A stretch of 64,000 bases of DNA from Balanoglossus misakiensis. Taxonomy: Eukaryota; Animalia; Hemichordata. Below the pieces are notes generated by a model, which did no database searches, was not told where the DNA came from, and worked only from the letters and a program-made list of their open reading frames with translations. The DNA lies in assembly GCA_040954595.2 (NCBI GenBank), contig CM082582.2, positions 1,596,303-1,660,302 of the forward strand. Direction: 5' to 3'. This document shows, piece by piece, positions 1-12,800 of the stretch. The stretch's first letter is position 1. Every line of letters starts with the position of its first letter. The position numbers were made by a program, and so were the translations under genes.

Positions 1-11
1 TTGATTCACAG

Positions 12-84
12 TCTTAAACACAGCATTTCAACGTATGCCGGAGGAGGAAGAGAATACCTAGGCCTGATCCAAGACCGCTTTCCG
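12..84 (+). CDS. Possible isolated exon (LKHSISTYAGGGREYLGLIQDRFP), product unknown
   Basis: cacag| at 11 and strong donor |gtaagc at 85; only one open frame; no partner exon identified. Confidence 0.25.
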
Positions 85-280
85 GTAAGCACAACTTGCT
101 GTATACATGCTCCATAGCTTGTTTGTAAAGGCTACCTTTTCCCATCAAATAGTGAAGTCGCCCTTTCAAAATTATGGTGGTGGTAAGCCACAACTGGTTA
201 TCATGGAGAGCCCCATATAAACTTACCAGCCCACGCTAGCCATGACTTTACAAATGTTTCCGTCATACTATGCAGAAAAT

Positions 281-510
281 TCTGGCTGCCTTAAATAGGT
301 TTTCACTTTGCGCTAGGGGGTCAAATCACATTGCATTCTGGGCGAAAAGTCTACAACCCACTGTAGTAAGAGGTGGAAGAAATGATACATTTTGTGTATT
401 TCATGCTTTGGTCAAACATGTCTGTCTCCGTAGTTAGCATATTAAACTCATTAAATGTTTTTCACATTTTGTTATTTTGTCTGTTATGACCCATTATCAC
501 TTTAGCTTTA
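281..510 (+). repeat. Interspersed repeat, second copy at 23349-23578
   Basis: Shared ctggctgcc...ctagggg.tcaaatcaca...attaaactcatt...ttcacattttgttatttt...atgaccca in both places. Confidence 0.75.
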
Positions 511-1651
511 GCTTAGGCTCCATTCACAAACACCTCTGGATGGGGGGGGGGGGGGGGAAATTCAATTTTTTTACTGCTAATTTTCACATGCCCCCCCCCC
601 CTGTACACAACCCGAAATATTTTCAAATCCCCCACCCCCTTCTGAACTGCCAAAATTTTAAAATCCCCCCCCCCCATTTTCTTTCACAGAGCAAAACACA
701 TCACTTATCTATCTTGTAAAAAAGAAAAACAGCGCTCCCATGAAAAGACTTTGAAACTGATGTTTCCCCTCATCAGTGGGTATTAAAACTGAACATGGTT
801 TTTATTTTTTAAGTATTTGTATTCTGTGTTGGGAGACATTGTAAACCGGGAATTGAAGGGGGTGGGTGTGGGAAGGGGTGTCCCCCTCCCACGTAAGAAA
901 ATGTTATAAAATACAGAGCTCAAAGCTGCATTTTTATGAACCCGGCAAAAGCAAATTAACTCAACTACCAGTATGTTGGGGAGGATAAATTTAACCGTCG
1001 CCGCTCAAAGTTATCATGGGGTGGGGGCAAGTCCCCTGACATGGGACACTAGATAAACCAGTTAATGATTGAAATGTGTTGATGAAATAGCTACATGCCT
1101 ATTGTTAACAAGCAGCTGACTGTACTGAAAGAATGGAAGTGTTGTGTACCTATTTTACATATTCAATATTTGTAATTAGACCATGTCATGTATATCTTGG
1201 GGATTGCTCGATCGCAATGTCTCTGCTGGTACAATGTCCTTTTAACTTGTACAGTAATATGGTAGTGATTGTAAGTTTGTGTACGGCATTTGTAAGTTAT
1301 TTTCAATTTATAATTTTTTTGTAAGTTTCTTCATTCTCAAATTGCTTGCCTAACGTACTGCTTTAAAATTTAAATTTTGGTATGATTTTGAGTAGACTTT
1401 TTGTTTCAAAATTATTTTCGACACTTGACATTTTTGGGTGATATGATTTTACATGGAAAATCTGATTTCCCTGTAATTCGGTTGACAGGATTTTCACAAT
1501 ATCTCTAAATCATGAAGTACATGTATCAGAATTGCATCAGGCCCCCAAAATTCTAGTCGCCCTTGGCAAGTAATATTAGCCATTGTTGTCCAAGGACGTT
1601 GAAGGTACAATTGGTTTTTAAACTTACTATGTAGGCATTTTATCAGAATTA

Positions 1652-2780
1652 TTAGGTCCCATTTGGTGCAGGTATATGTATTTATACCATGGGACCTTAT
1701 GGGATCAGTTGCACCTGTATATATGGATGTCTGTATGGATGTTTGTCTGTATGTCTATCAATATCAAACACTTGGAAACCACTGGCATGTGACCTTGATA
1801 TTTAGTGTGGAGATGCAGGCAGGGCATTAAGTGGGAGTTGTCAAAATGAACTTGTCATTGCCAAAATATGCAAATTAGCTGGGAAAGTGTCAAATTCGTC
1901 CAAACTCGGGAACTCGACAACTACTGAGCAAATTGCTTTCAAAATTGAAAATTGGTATTCCTGTAAGTTATGTTAACCTCACACAGTTCTATATGTTGTG
2001 AGCTAATGTGAATTTTCGATTTTTTATGTATTTTTTGTCTCTTTCCACATTATCGGTAGAAAATCTGCTTTTCTGGAATTGATCAGCTGACTTATTTGAA
2101 ATTTAGTATGAAGCTTCATAGGTGATCTGAGTTATCATAGTTTTGTAAGGTCCCATTTGCTTTACCATGGGACCTTATGATATCGGTGGATGTATGTATG
2201 TATGTCTGTATGTCCGTCCACATCACAAACTTGAAAACCGCTGGGCATATGACCTCGATATTTGGTGTGTAGATGCAGGCCAGGCTGAAGATTGGAGTTT
2301 GTTCAAATGAAGCTGTCATTGCCAAAAATATGCAAATTAGCTAGGAAAATGTGAAATTGGTCAAAACTCAAACTCAACAACCACTGGTCACATTCATTTG
2401 AAAATCAGTATGCATGTACCTTATGTCTACCTCAAACAGTCCTGTATGTTTTGAGCTAATATTATCGATTTTTAATTTTTTATGCCAAAAATCTTTTATG
2501 CATTTTTTGTATTATTCCACATTATTGGTAAAGAAATCATCATTTCTTAAAGTTATAGGCCTCATTCTTTGAATTTTAGTATGAAGCTTCTAATGGTTGT
2601 CTGAGTAACCAAAGTTTTGTTCAAATTGTTGAAAAATTTGCATATTTTAATTTTGAGCAATTTTTGCCACTTTTGGTCATTTTTTTTTCTTTAAAACTGC
2701 ATGCCAGATTGATTTGGTAGGCATATTCCTAAGGGTAAACTGAGTAAGATGTTGTAAAAATGTTTTAGTATATATTGTGT
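1652..2780 (+). mobile_element. Two adjacent copies (1652-~2120 and 2147-~2780) of a non-autonomous Helentron-associated (HINE/DINE-1-like) element
   Basis: Each starts with a ggtcccat...atgggacc hairpin, then a TGTA/TGTC-type microsatellite and a shared core (atatgcaaattagct, aaattggt). Family name inferred from architecture. Confidence 0.6.
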
Positions 2781-4170
2781 TATTGGGGAAGGGGGGGGGG
2801 GGGTTACTCAAACATTTATAACACCCAGCAACTTTTGGTACTGGCAGGGTTTGTCCTCCAATGATTTCAACATCCTGCTAGGAATACAACCTCTCCTCAA
2901 CTTTATAAATATAGGGCATGACATTGCAGGTTTTTTGAGAACACTGTTTAAAATAACCCTCATCAAGCCTGTTAACTTATTTAGACAGACTATTATCCAG
3001 AATGAAACGAAACATGGATGCAATAAAAAGATCTTGTGCAATAAAAACCAAGTTGATCATAACAATTATTTGCTAAGTACAACATGTACATCACTAATAG
3101 AAGTTATGGCTATAAGCATAAACCTGTTTGTTTTGCTATCTTCACTATTCATATTATCTGACTATATTAATACATTTGCAAGCATACTGTTTCAGACATA
3201 GCGAATTTGATAAACATCTACAAATATATTTTTACCTGTTGAAGTTATCAAAATCCAGACACTTGACAAAAGGACATTTTTCATCCCCTCTATAGATTGA
3301 TAGTCTAACATAGCAGGCAATCTGTTTTAACAACTGCAGAAGCCTTCATAAAAAGTTGTTGGCCAGAATGAAAGCTTAGGGGGACGTAGGATTTCCTACT
3401 TTTTAGGTTATTTTTTCTATGGCCCCAAAAAGCTATGACAAAAAATTGATGACCCCCTTGGAATTTATAATTCCCCCCCCCCCCTATCATACCCTGTCCA
3501 TATTCTTATAAATGTCAATAAATGCCATACAGTCCTGTATGTTTTGTTTTGAGCTAATATTATGAATTTTCTATTTTTATTGTTTTGTCTTTTACTGCAT
3601 TATTGGTAAAGAAAAATCTTCCTTTCTGAAAGCCATAGTTTTTGTTCAAATTGCAAATTGTTGTGAAATTGGTATATTTATAATTTTGAGCAATTTTGTA
3701 ATTTTTGCTCAGAATGCAGATTCCTAGGGGGGTAACCCAAGTAAGGTGTTGTAAAAGAATTGTTTAAAAAATAAAAATATATTTGTAGATGGTTATCAAA
3801 TTCGCTGTGTCTGAAAGCGCTTGTCAGATTGCTTTGAACTTTGACAGGAATGTTCCTTGTAGTGATTTAAGTAAGATGGTGTACAATTATAGTGATTTTT
3901 GCATATTTGTGTTTTTGCCACTTTTGAACAAATGTAGTTTTGTTTAACCCCCATCTTACCCTATCCATATTCAAATAAATATGAAAAGAAATTTCTCACA
4001 GATATTATTTACTTTGATAATACTATCATTTGTGCAACAACTAATCAATCAAACAGTCAATAATCATAAATTGGGAGTTCAAAAATATCTATAAGGGAGA
4101 TTTAAAACCCCGTTAGCAACAACTGTTTGCCATGTTTTCAGTATTAATGTTTTGTGTAGCTTCTGCAGTT

Positions 4171-4790
4171 TTTAGGTCCCATATGGTATGTACCATGGGC
4201 CTTATGGAATCAGTTGCGTCTGTATTTATGTATGGATGTACTGTATTTTCGCGAGTTAAATTTTTCGCGATATCGAGAGAGGCCACTGTTTCGCGAGTAT
4301 TAATTTTCGCGTTCTCTTATTTCATTCACTGCATCGTTATCTTCAAAAACAATTTACGCGACTTTTTATTTTCACGTTATTTTGGCTCTCGCGTATTTGG
4401 CGAAAATTAATTGCTCGCGAAAATAAAGTGTTTTACAGTATGTCTGTCTGTTTGTATGGATGTATGTCTGTATGTCCGTCCACATCTAAAACTTGAAAAC
4501 CGTTGTGCATATCACCTCGATATTTGGTGTGCAGATGCAGGCTGGGCTGTAGATTGGAGTTTGTCAACATGAAAATGTCATTACCAAATATATGCAAATT
4601 AGCTGGAAAATGTGAAATTGGTCAAAACTCGCAAAATTCAACAACTGCTGGTCAGATTGATTTGGAAATTGGTATGCAAGTACCTTATGCCTACCTCATA
4701 CAGTCCTGTATATTTTGAGCTAATTTTGATTTTCTATTTTTGATGCATTTGTTTGTATTTTTCAACATTATTGGTAAAAAATCTTCATAT
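4171..4790 (+). mobile_element. Third copy of the same HINE-like element, interrupted by a MITE
   Basis: ggtcccat...atgggcc start and same core; its microsatellite is split by the 4241-4438 insertion. Confidence 0.65.
4241..4438. mobile_element. Tc1/mariner-type MITE (family A), TA target duplication
   Basis: TA|ctgta...ttttacag|TA; close reverse-orientation copy at 21308-21514. Confidence 0.8.
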
Positions 4791-7271
4791 GAATCTAAAA
4801 TTACCGTCGAATCATCCAGTGTGAGTTAGCACTGTAATTAGCAAAAGTTATAAATCCACAGTTACCCAGCAAATTTGATATAATGCTTCACATAGGTATT
4901 GGTTTTGAACATCCTTCAGAAAGGGTATGAATATTTTAAATTTTTTACTGTTGCAACCCAGACTAGTTTATTTCTGAATAAACAGAGAAATGACAACCGG
5001 ATAGATTATTCTTCTGTACTAAAGACATATGCAGACACAAGAAATAGTCTGAACATTTTCAGTACATTACTAAAACAGTGTCGGTACATTGTACTATAAA
5101 CTGAGGAAGATTAGTGACTATTGTTTGCCAAAAATGGTCCCAAGTCATTTCTCAAGCATAGCAGAATAGTAGCTTTGAGTAGCAAAGTGTGATGATTTAA
5201 AATGTAAAAAGACAACACCAATCTCTAGCTCTGCTCTCAGCACTGCAAAAGTTATCTGACAGGTAGATAGATGTTCAGTCATCCTATGTCTGTCAACATT
5301 TTTCTTTTCTGAAATCACTGGCGCAAGTGCTTTTAAAATTGGTGTGCAGGTTTCTTGGGGTGGCGAAGTAATGTGTGTTCAAATTGTGTTGAATTCTGCA
5401 TATTTGTAGTTTGGAACAAGTTTTTTGCTGTTTTTGGAAGAAAAAAGCTAAGCTCGTAGATTACTTTGACTATGCAGGTTTCTAGGTATGACACAAGTTG
5501 TTTCTTCAAAATATGGTGAAATTTGCATATTTGGGGGGAAATTTTCTCTGAAATTTAGTATTGATCTCCCTGAGGTATGTGACATAATCTGTAATTTTGT
5601 ATTTTGGAGACAGTTGCCTTTTTGTACAAACAAAAAATCTTGTCAGAATATGCATGTCTGATTGCCATGTCCACAGGGGTGATCTACTTTTATTTACATT
5701 ATAACCGAATCTGTAAAGTTTTCATAATGATCTTTAAAATAGGTACGTCTAATTGTTTTGATCTTTGGTATGAATTGTCCCTTGGTGATCTTAGTCAATG
5801 CTTTTGAAATTCCGCTGAATATTGCATTATTATTTTGTCTAAGTCTGAAGAGTAGTCATCATCTCTGAAACCCCTTGACCTAAGTCAGGTGTCAAATAGT
5901 ACAATTTGCAGATTTGTTGCATTGGAGATATTGTTGCAGTTTTTGAAATTCAAGATGGCTGCCAATGTCTGTGTTAACTTTATGGAAAAACATTTATGTA
6001 AATACTTTTCTGAAAACAAGGCGGTGAACATCACATTTTTGTTTACAAACAGTAATAGAAATAGCTATCATTGTTTCTGAAAATCCTAACTTGTAGGATT
6101 CTTTTTCAATCTCTGGCATCAGCAGAGACAATTAAGGTGGCATTGCATGAAAAGTTGTGATTTTTGCCAAATTTTACTTTTTTACATAAATCGGTAGGCC
6201 TAATACTCACCCACATCCTGACTAATACGTCTTGGCGGAAATGGTGCACAATCACCCCCAAATAGCACTTTTCTGAATGAGTTCACAGCTTAACAAATAG
6301 GTGTCAACAATGCAAATGGCCGTTTTTCTCGGTTTGCATTTTCGCTGCTTTTGACAACTTCGGACTAAAATAGCTTCGCCCTGCATTGGCCGAATTTGCT
6401 CAAATTTTGACAGGGAATTGTGTATGACCCATCCAACAAAACGCTAGTTTTGTATGTCGATAAAGTGTCCCTAGCGGGACACTATGTTTTGAGTCTGTAC
6501 TTTGGTACACACAACTGGTTCCTCATGATGATTTACAAAACCTATGACTGATTACTTTGAAATTTGAGTAGGAAGTTAATTGGATGTGTTTGTTTAGATA
6601 ATGGAATCAAATAAAGTTATTCATTCTTCACCTTCATTCTTCACCTCATTTCATTTATTGGCTGGTTTGTCTATTGTATCAGGGAAGAGTACTTGCCATC
6701 CCACCCCACCGATGCAAACTTGGAGTGGCAAAAGTAAAATTTGTCATAACATTGAGTTAATTTGCTTTTGGGCTCACTAAAATGCAACTTTGAGCTCTGT
6801 ATTTGTACAAAATTTTCATTAATTGGCTGGTTTGTCTATTGTACCAGGCCAGCATACATAAGATCAAGATGTTTTCGGGGCTGGGGGGGGGCATCATATT
6901 TTATTGCCTCTCTATGTGTGTGTCTGTCTGTCTGTACTCCTGTGTAGACTTTTTCTAGTGTAATCACTAAATGAGACCACAGTGTCCTTGACGCTATTTT
7001 TTGCGATTTTCAATGACCCTGGGGTAACCTTTGACCAGCTTTCATATATCTTGGTATTCACAGCAGAATACAGCCTTGGCATACCCTGGTAACCATGGGA
7101 ACCGTTTGGGCCCAACCAATGGTGCTGGCAGCGTTAATTTTTAAATGATTTCTTCTTGTCGTTTTCTTTATCAATATGATGACTTGACCTAATCAGATTA
7201 TTAAAATAATTTCATTCATTTTTTACATTAGGTTCTTTGGTAACACTGCTGCTGGAGGGAGTGTAATATTT

Positions 7272-7980
7272 GTAACGACGTCGCCACCTAATACTGTACT
7301 GGAGGTATGAACTTAAACTTGTAACGACGCCGCCACCTAATACTGTACTGGAGAGATGAAGTTAATACTTGTAACGACGCCGCCACCTAATACTGTACTG
7401 GAGAGATGAAGTTAATACTTGTAACGACGCCGCCACCTAATACTGTACTGGAGAGATGAAGTTAATACTTGTAACGACGCCGCCACCTAATACTGTACTG
7501 GAGAGATGAAGTTAATACTTGTAACGACGCCGCCACCTAATACTGTACTGGAGAGATGAAGTTAATACTTGTAACGACGCCGCCACCTAATACTGTACTG
7601 GAGAGATGAAGTTAATACTTGTAACGACGCCGCCACCTAATACTGTACTGGAGAGATGAAGTTAATACTTGTAACGACGCCGCCACCTAATACTGTACTG
7701 GAGAGATGAAGTTAATACTTGTAACGACGCCACCACCTAATACTGTACTGGAGGGATGAACTTAAACTTGTAACGACGCCGCCACCTAATACTGTACTGG
7801 AGAGATGAAGTTAATACTTGTAACGACGCCGCCACCTAATACTGTACTGGAGAGATGAAGTTAATACTTGTAACGCCGCCGCCACCTAATACTGTACTGG
7901 AGAGATGAACTTAATACTTGTAACGACGCCGCCACCTTATACTGTACTGGAGGGATGAACTTAAACCTGTAACGACGCCA
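7272..7980 (+). repeat. 50-bp minisatellite, ~14 copies
   Basis: Unit gtaacgacgccgccacctaatactgtactggagagatgaagttaatactt, near-perfect copies with a few 49-bp variants. Confidence 0.97.
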
Positions 7981-8161
7981 GATGATGCTCCTGTGACCAG
8001 AGGGATGAACGACGCCATGATTTGTTGATCTGATCTAATTAATAATATTCATTCTTTTTTTTCAATAGGTTCATTGGTATTATCATCGCCGGAGGGAGTC
8101 TAATCAATATCTACAACAACGCCGCACCAGATAACAATATCAAAACCAGAGGGATGCTGTC

Positions 8162-8340
8162 AATAGGTTAGGCTAATAAAAATGGTTTAATCTGAGGGAA
8201 TGGTAAAGGGTTGGTGTATGAATATGTTAGGGTAATAAAAAATGGTATAATCTAACGGAATGGTGAAGGGTTGGTGTATAAACAGGTTAGGCTAATAAAA
8301 ATGGTATAATCTAATGAAATGGTGAAGGGTTGGTGTATGA
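8162..8340 (+). repeat. ~59-bp tandem repeat, 3 copies
   Basis: ggttaggctaataaaaatggt.taatct...aatggt.aagggttggtgtat x3. Confidence 0.85.
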
Positions 8341-8774
8341 TGACTAATAAGACATTGTGCACAAGGGTACTATAATAAAACTGTCTGCAAGGGTATAATA
8401 TTATGGTTTCAAGGGTATGATAAGTAATTAAAATACTATAAAAACATGAGTAATGCCACGTGGTAAATAAAAACTGTACATGTACAGAGGGTAAATACCG
8501 GTATAATATATAAAGGTGTTAACATCAATGGTGTAATAATAAAAAAAATGGGTAACACATGGTTTTGGTGGTATAATAATAATAAAATGGTATTAACTTG
8601 ATGGTATAAACATTATGGGATGTGTATAAACGGTGTTAATATTACAAAGGTATAATGATTAGTTGGGGTGTAATAATAAGAAATTTAAAATCATTGGGTA
8701 ATTTATTAGTGTCAGGTTGGGTAAAATAATTGTTGCTATGCATTCGTGTAATAATTGTCTGCGGATTTTTTGCA

Positions 8775-8960
8775 GCGTTACCCGCGTTCGCGTTCTTCAT
8801 TGCAGGTCGCTCGTCATGTAATGGAATTTCGCCGTGTGCCCGTTTGATTCGCCGATGGATTTTTTACAACGTTACCCGCGTTCGCGTTCTTCATCGCAGT
8901 TGGATCGTCGTGTAATGGAATTTCGCCGTGTGCCCGTTTGATTCGCCGATGGATTTTTTG
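8775..8960 (+). repeat. ~95-bp CpG-rich tandem duplication
   Basis: cgttacccgcgttcgcgttcttcat...tgtaatggaatttcgccgtgtgcccgtttgattcgccgatggatttttt x2. Confidence 0.9.
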
Positions 8961-9386
8961 CTTTCGTCATCGTAATTCCCGCATCAACACGAATCCTCAA
9001 TCTCGCGTAACAACAATACATCAAAATGTACACAGAAAAATAGGAGTCGGCAAGACAATTCTGGTTAGTTTGAGCCCCAACCTTTTAAAATTCACAACGG
9101 GGGAGGGGGCAGTTTTTCCTCATTTTATATTTGGCTCGAGGTTTTTAACTGTCCCCAGGCGCGTAAAGTTAGTTAGTTTATCACACAGTATGTAATTATC
9201 TTGCTTGATTTAAAAAAACACTAAAATTGTATGGGGGAGCTTCTTGCGATTTGCACTTAAGAAACTGATGGTTTGTACCCATAGATAATATTTAGTATTA
9301 AGCACATAATTGCCTGGAAATAAAAATTAACTCAAGGGTAGAATGCAACAGTTAATTTTGTGCAATATCAACAGGAGCTATTTTGG

Positions 9387-9493
9387 CACATTATTTCAGT
9401 TTGATAAACACTGTTTTTGCTCATTGTTTCATTTCGACCACATTATTTCAGTTTGATAAACACTGTTTTTGCTTATTGTTTCATTTCAACCAC
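9387..9493 (+). repeat. ~52-bp tandem duplication
   Basis: cacattatttcagtttgataaacactgtttttgc...tttcatttc x2. Confidence 0.9.
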
Positions 9494-9899
9494 TTTTGTC
9501 ACCTTGTTTTAAATTGAATGCAAGCATTGTTTCTGTTTGACCACTACTTGGGGTAATTGTTCCAAATTGGTATGCAAGATATTTTACATCAGCAGTTAGC
9601 CATCTAGCCACACATTAGCTGCACAGCATATGAAAAATAATGAAATTCATGCAAAAAGCAAAAAAGTATTATGGGTATAATGCCATTGCAGCATTGGCGG
9701 TTCGACTCCGTCGATACTTACTTTGAAGCATAAGTCTTCATTATTTTTCATATGTAATAAATAAAACTCTTCCAAATTCATATCTTTGTTTTAAGTTTGT
9801 GCTTTTGCTTCAGTTAGGGGGCCCACATTTACCAAACCTGTCTTGCCATCTTTTCACATTTCTTCAAATATGCAGCGCCAGCGGTAGGCAGTATTTGAT

Positions 9900-12800
9900 C
9901 AAATTGACCCACAAATCACTCAAAATTAATAGGCAGGATACTGTCCACTCTGGCCTGGTTACTGTCTGGCCTGCTTAATGTTGACGCAAAGGTTGACCCC
10001 ACCAAACACTCAAAATTAATAGGCAGCATACTGGCCACTCTGGCCTAGTTAATGTTGACGCAAAGGTTGACCCCCACCAAACACTCAAAATTAATGGGCA
10101 CGATACTGGCCACTCTGGCCTAGTTAATGTTGACGCAAAGGTTGACCCCACCAAACACTCAAAATCAATGGGCAGCATACTGTCCACTATGGCCTGGTTA
10201 CTGTGTGCTCTGGATAATGTTGACGCAAAGGTTGACCCCACCAAACACTCAAAATTAATGGGCAGCACACTGTCCACTACGGCCTGGTTACTGTGTGCTC
10301 TGGTTAATGTTGATGCAAAGGTTGACCCCACCAAACCAGGCCGTAGTGGACAGTGTGCTGCCCATTAATTTTGAGTGTTTGGTGGGGTCAACCTTTGCGT
10401 CAACATTAACTAGGCCAGAGTGGCCAGTATCGTGCCCATTAATTTTGAGTGTTTGGTGGGGTCAACCTTTGCATCAACATTAACCAGAGCACACAGTAAC
10501 CAGGCCGTAGTGGACAGTGTGCTGCCCATTAATTTTGAGTGTTTGGTGGGGTCAACCTTTGCGTCAACATTAACTAGGCCAGAGTGGCCAGTATCCTGCC
10601 CATTACGGCCTGGTTACTGTGTGCTCTGGTTACTGTGTGCTCTGGTTAATGTTGATGCAAAGGTTGACCCCACCAAACACTCAAAATTAATGGGCACGAT
10701 ACTGGCCACTCTGGCCTAGTTAATGTTGACGCAAAGGTTGACCCCACCAAACACTCAAAATTAATGGGCAGCACACTGTCCACTACGGCCTGGTTACTGT
10801 GTGCTCTGGTTAATGTTGATGCAAAGGTTGACCCCCACCAAACACTCAAAATTAATGGGCACGATACTGGCCACTCTGGCCTAGTTAATGTTGACGCAAA
10901 GGTTGACCCCACCAAACACTCAAAATTAATGGGCAGCACACTGTCCACTACGGCCTGGTTACTGTGTGCTCTGGTTAATGTTGACGCAAAGGTTGACCCC
11001 CATCAAACACTCAAAATTAATGGGCACGATACTGGCCACTCTGGCCTGGTTACTGTGTGCTCTGGTTAATGTTGACGCAAAGGTTGACCCCACCAAACAC
11101 TCAAAATTAATGGGCAGCACACTGTCCACTACGGCCTGGTTACTGTGTGCTCTGGTTAATGTTGATGCAAAGGTTGACCCCACCAAACACTCAAAATTAA
11201 TGGGCAGAACACTGTCCACTATGGCCTGGTTACTGTGTGCTCTGGTTAATGTTGATGCAAAGGTTGACCCCACCAAACACTCAAAATTAATGGGCAGGAT
11301 ACTGGCCACTCTGGCCTAGTTAATGTTGACGCAAAGGTTGACCCCCACCAAACACTCAAAATTAATGGGCACGATACTGGCCACTCTGGCCTAGTTAATG
11401 TTGACGCAAAGGTTGACCCCCACGAAACACTCAAAATTAATGGGCACGATACTGGCCACTCTGGCCTAGTTAATGTTGACGCAAAGGTTGACCCCACCAA
11501 ACACTCAAAATTAATGGGCAGCACACTGTCCACTACGGCCTGGTCACTGTGTGTTCTGGTTAATGTTGACGCAAAGGTTGACCCCACCAAACACTCAAAA
11601 TTAATGGGCAGAACACTGTCCACTATGGCCTGGTTACTGTGTTCTCTGGTTAATGTTGACGCAAAGGTTGACCCCACCAAACACTCAAAATTAATGGGCA
11701 GAACACTGTCCACTACGGCCTGGTTATTGTGTGCTCTGGTTAATGTTGACGCAAAGGTTGACGCCACCAAACACTCAAAATCAATGGGCAGCATACTGTC
11801 CACTATGGCCTGGTTACTGTGTGCTCTGGTTAATGTTGACGCAAAGGTTGACCCCACCAAACACTCAAAATTAATGGGCAGAACACTGTCCACTATGGCC
11901 TGGTTACTGTGTGCTCTGGTTAATGTTGACGCAAAGGTTGACCCCACCAAACACTCAAAATTAATGGGCAGCACACTGTCCACTATGGCCTGGTTACTGT
12001 GTGCTCTGGTTAATGTTGACGCAAAGGTTGACCCCACCAAACACTCAAAATTAATGGGCAGAACACTGTCCACTACGGCCTGGTTACTGTGTGCTCTGGT
12101 TAATGTTGACGCAAAGGTTGACCCCACCAAACACTCAAAATTAATGGGCAGAACACTGTCCACTATGGCCTGGTTACTGTGTGCTCTGGTTAATGTTGAC
12201 GCAAAGGTTGACCCCACCAAACACTCAAAATTAATGGGCAGAACACTGTCCACTACGGCCTGGTTACTGTGTGCTCTGGTTAATGTTGACGCAAAGGTTG
12301 ACCCCACCAAACACTCAAAATTAATGGGCAGAACACTGTCCACTATGGCCTGGTTACTGTGTGCTCTGGTTAATGTTGACGCAAAGGTTGACCCCACCAA
12401 ACACTCAAAATTAATGGGCAGCACACTGTCCACTATGGCCTGGTTACTGTGTGCTCTGGTTAATGTTGACGCAAAGGTTGACCCCACCAAACACTCAAAA
12501 TTAATGGGCAGAACACTGTCCACTACGGCCTGGTTACTGTGTGCTCTGGTTAATGTTGACGCAAAGGTTGACCCCCACCAAACACTCAAAATTAATGGGC
12601 ACGATACTGGCCACTCTGGCCTAGTTAATGTTGACGCAAAGGTTGACCCCACCAAACACTCAAAATTAATGGGCACGATACTGGCCACTCTGGCCTAGTT
12701 AATGTTGACGCAAAGGTTGACCCCACCAAACACTCAAAATTAATGGGCACGATACTGGCCACTCTGGCCTAGTTAATGTTGACGGAAAGGTTGACCCCAC

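Noticed and set aside
2808-2945. Possible downstream exon of the minus-strand gene
   Set aside because: No CCP/EGF/discoidin pattern in any frame and no convincing donor.
4896-4930. GFEHPSE peptide resembling the DDX39/UAP56 Q-motif, between AG and GT
   Set aside because: Only seven residues match, flanking residues do not, and no other helicase exon is visible; probably chance.
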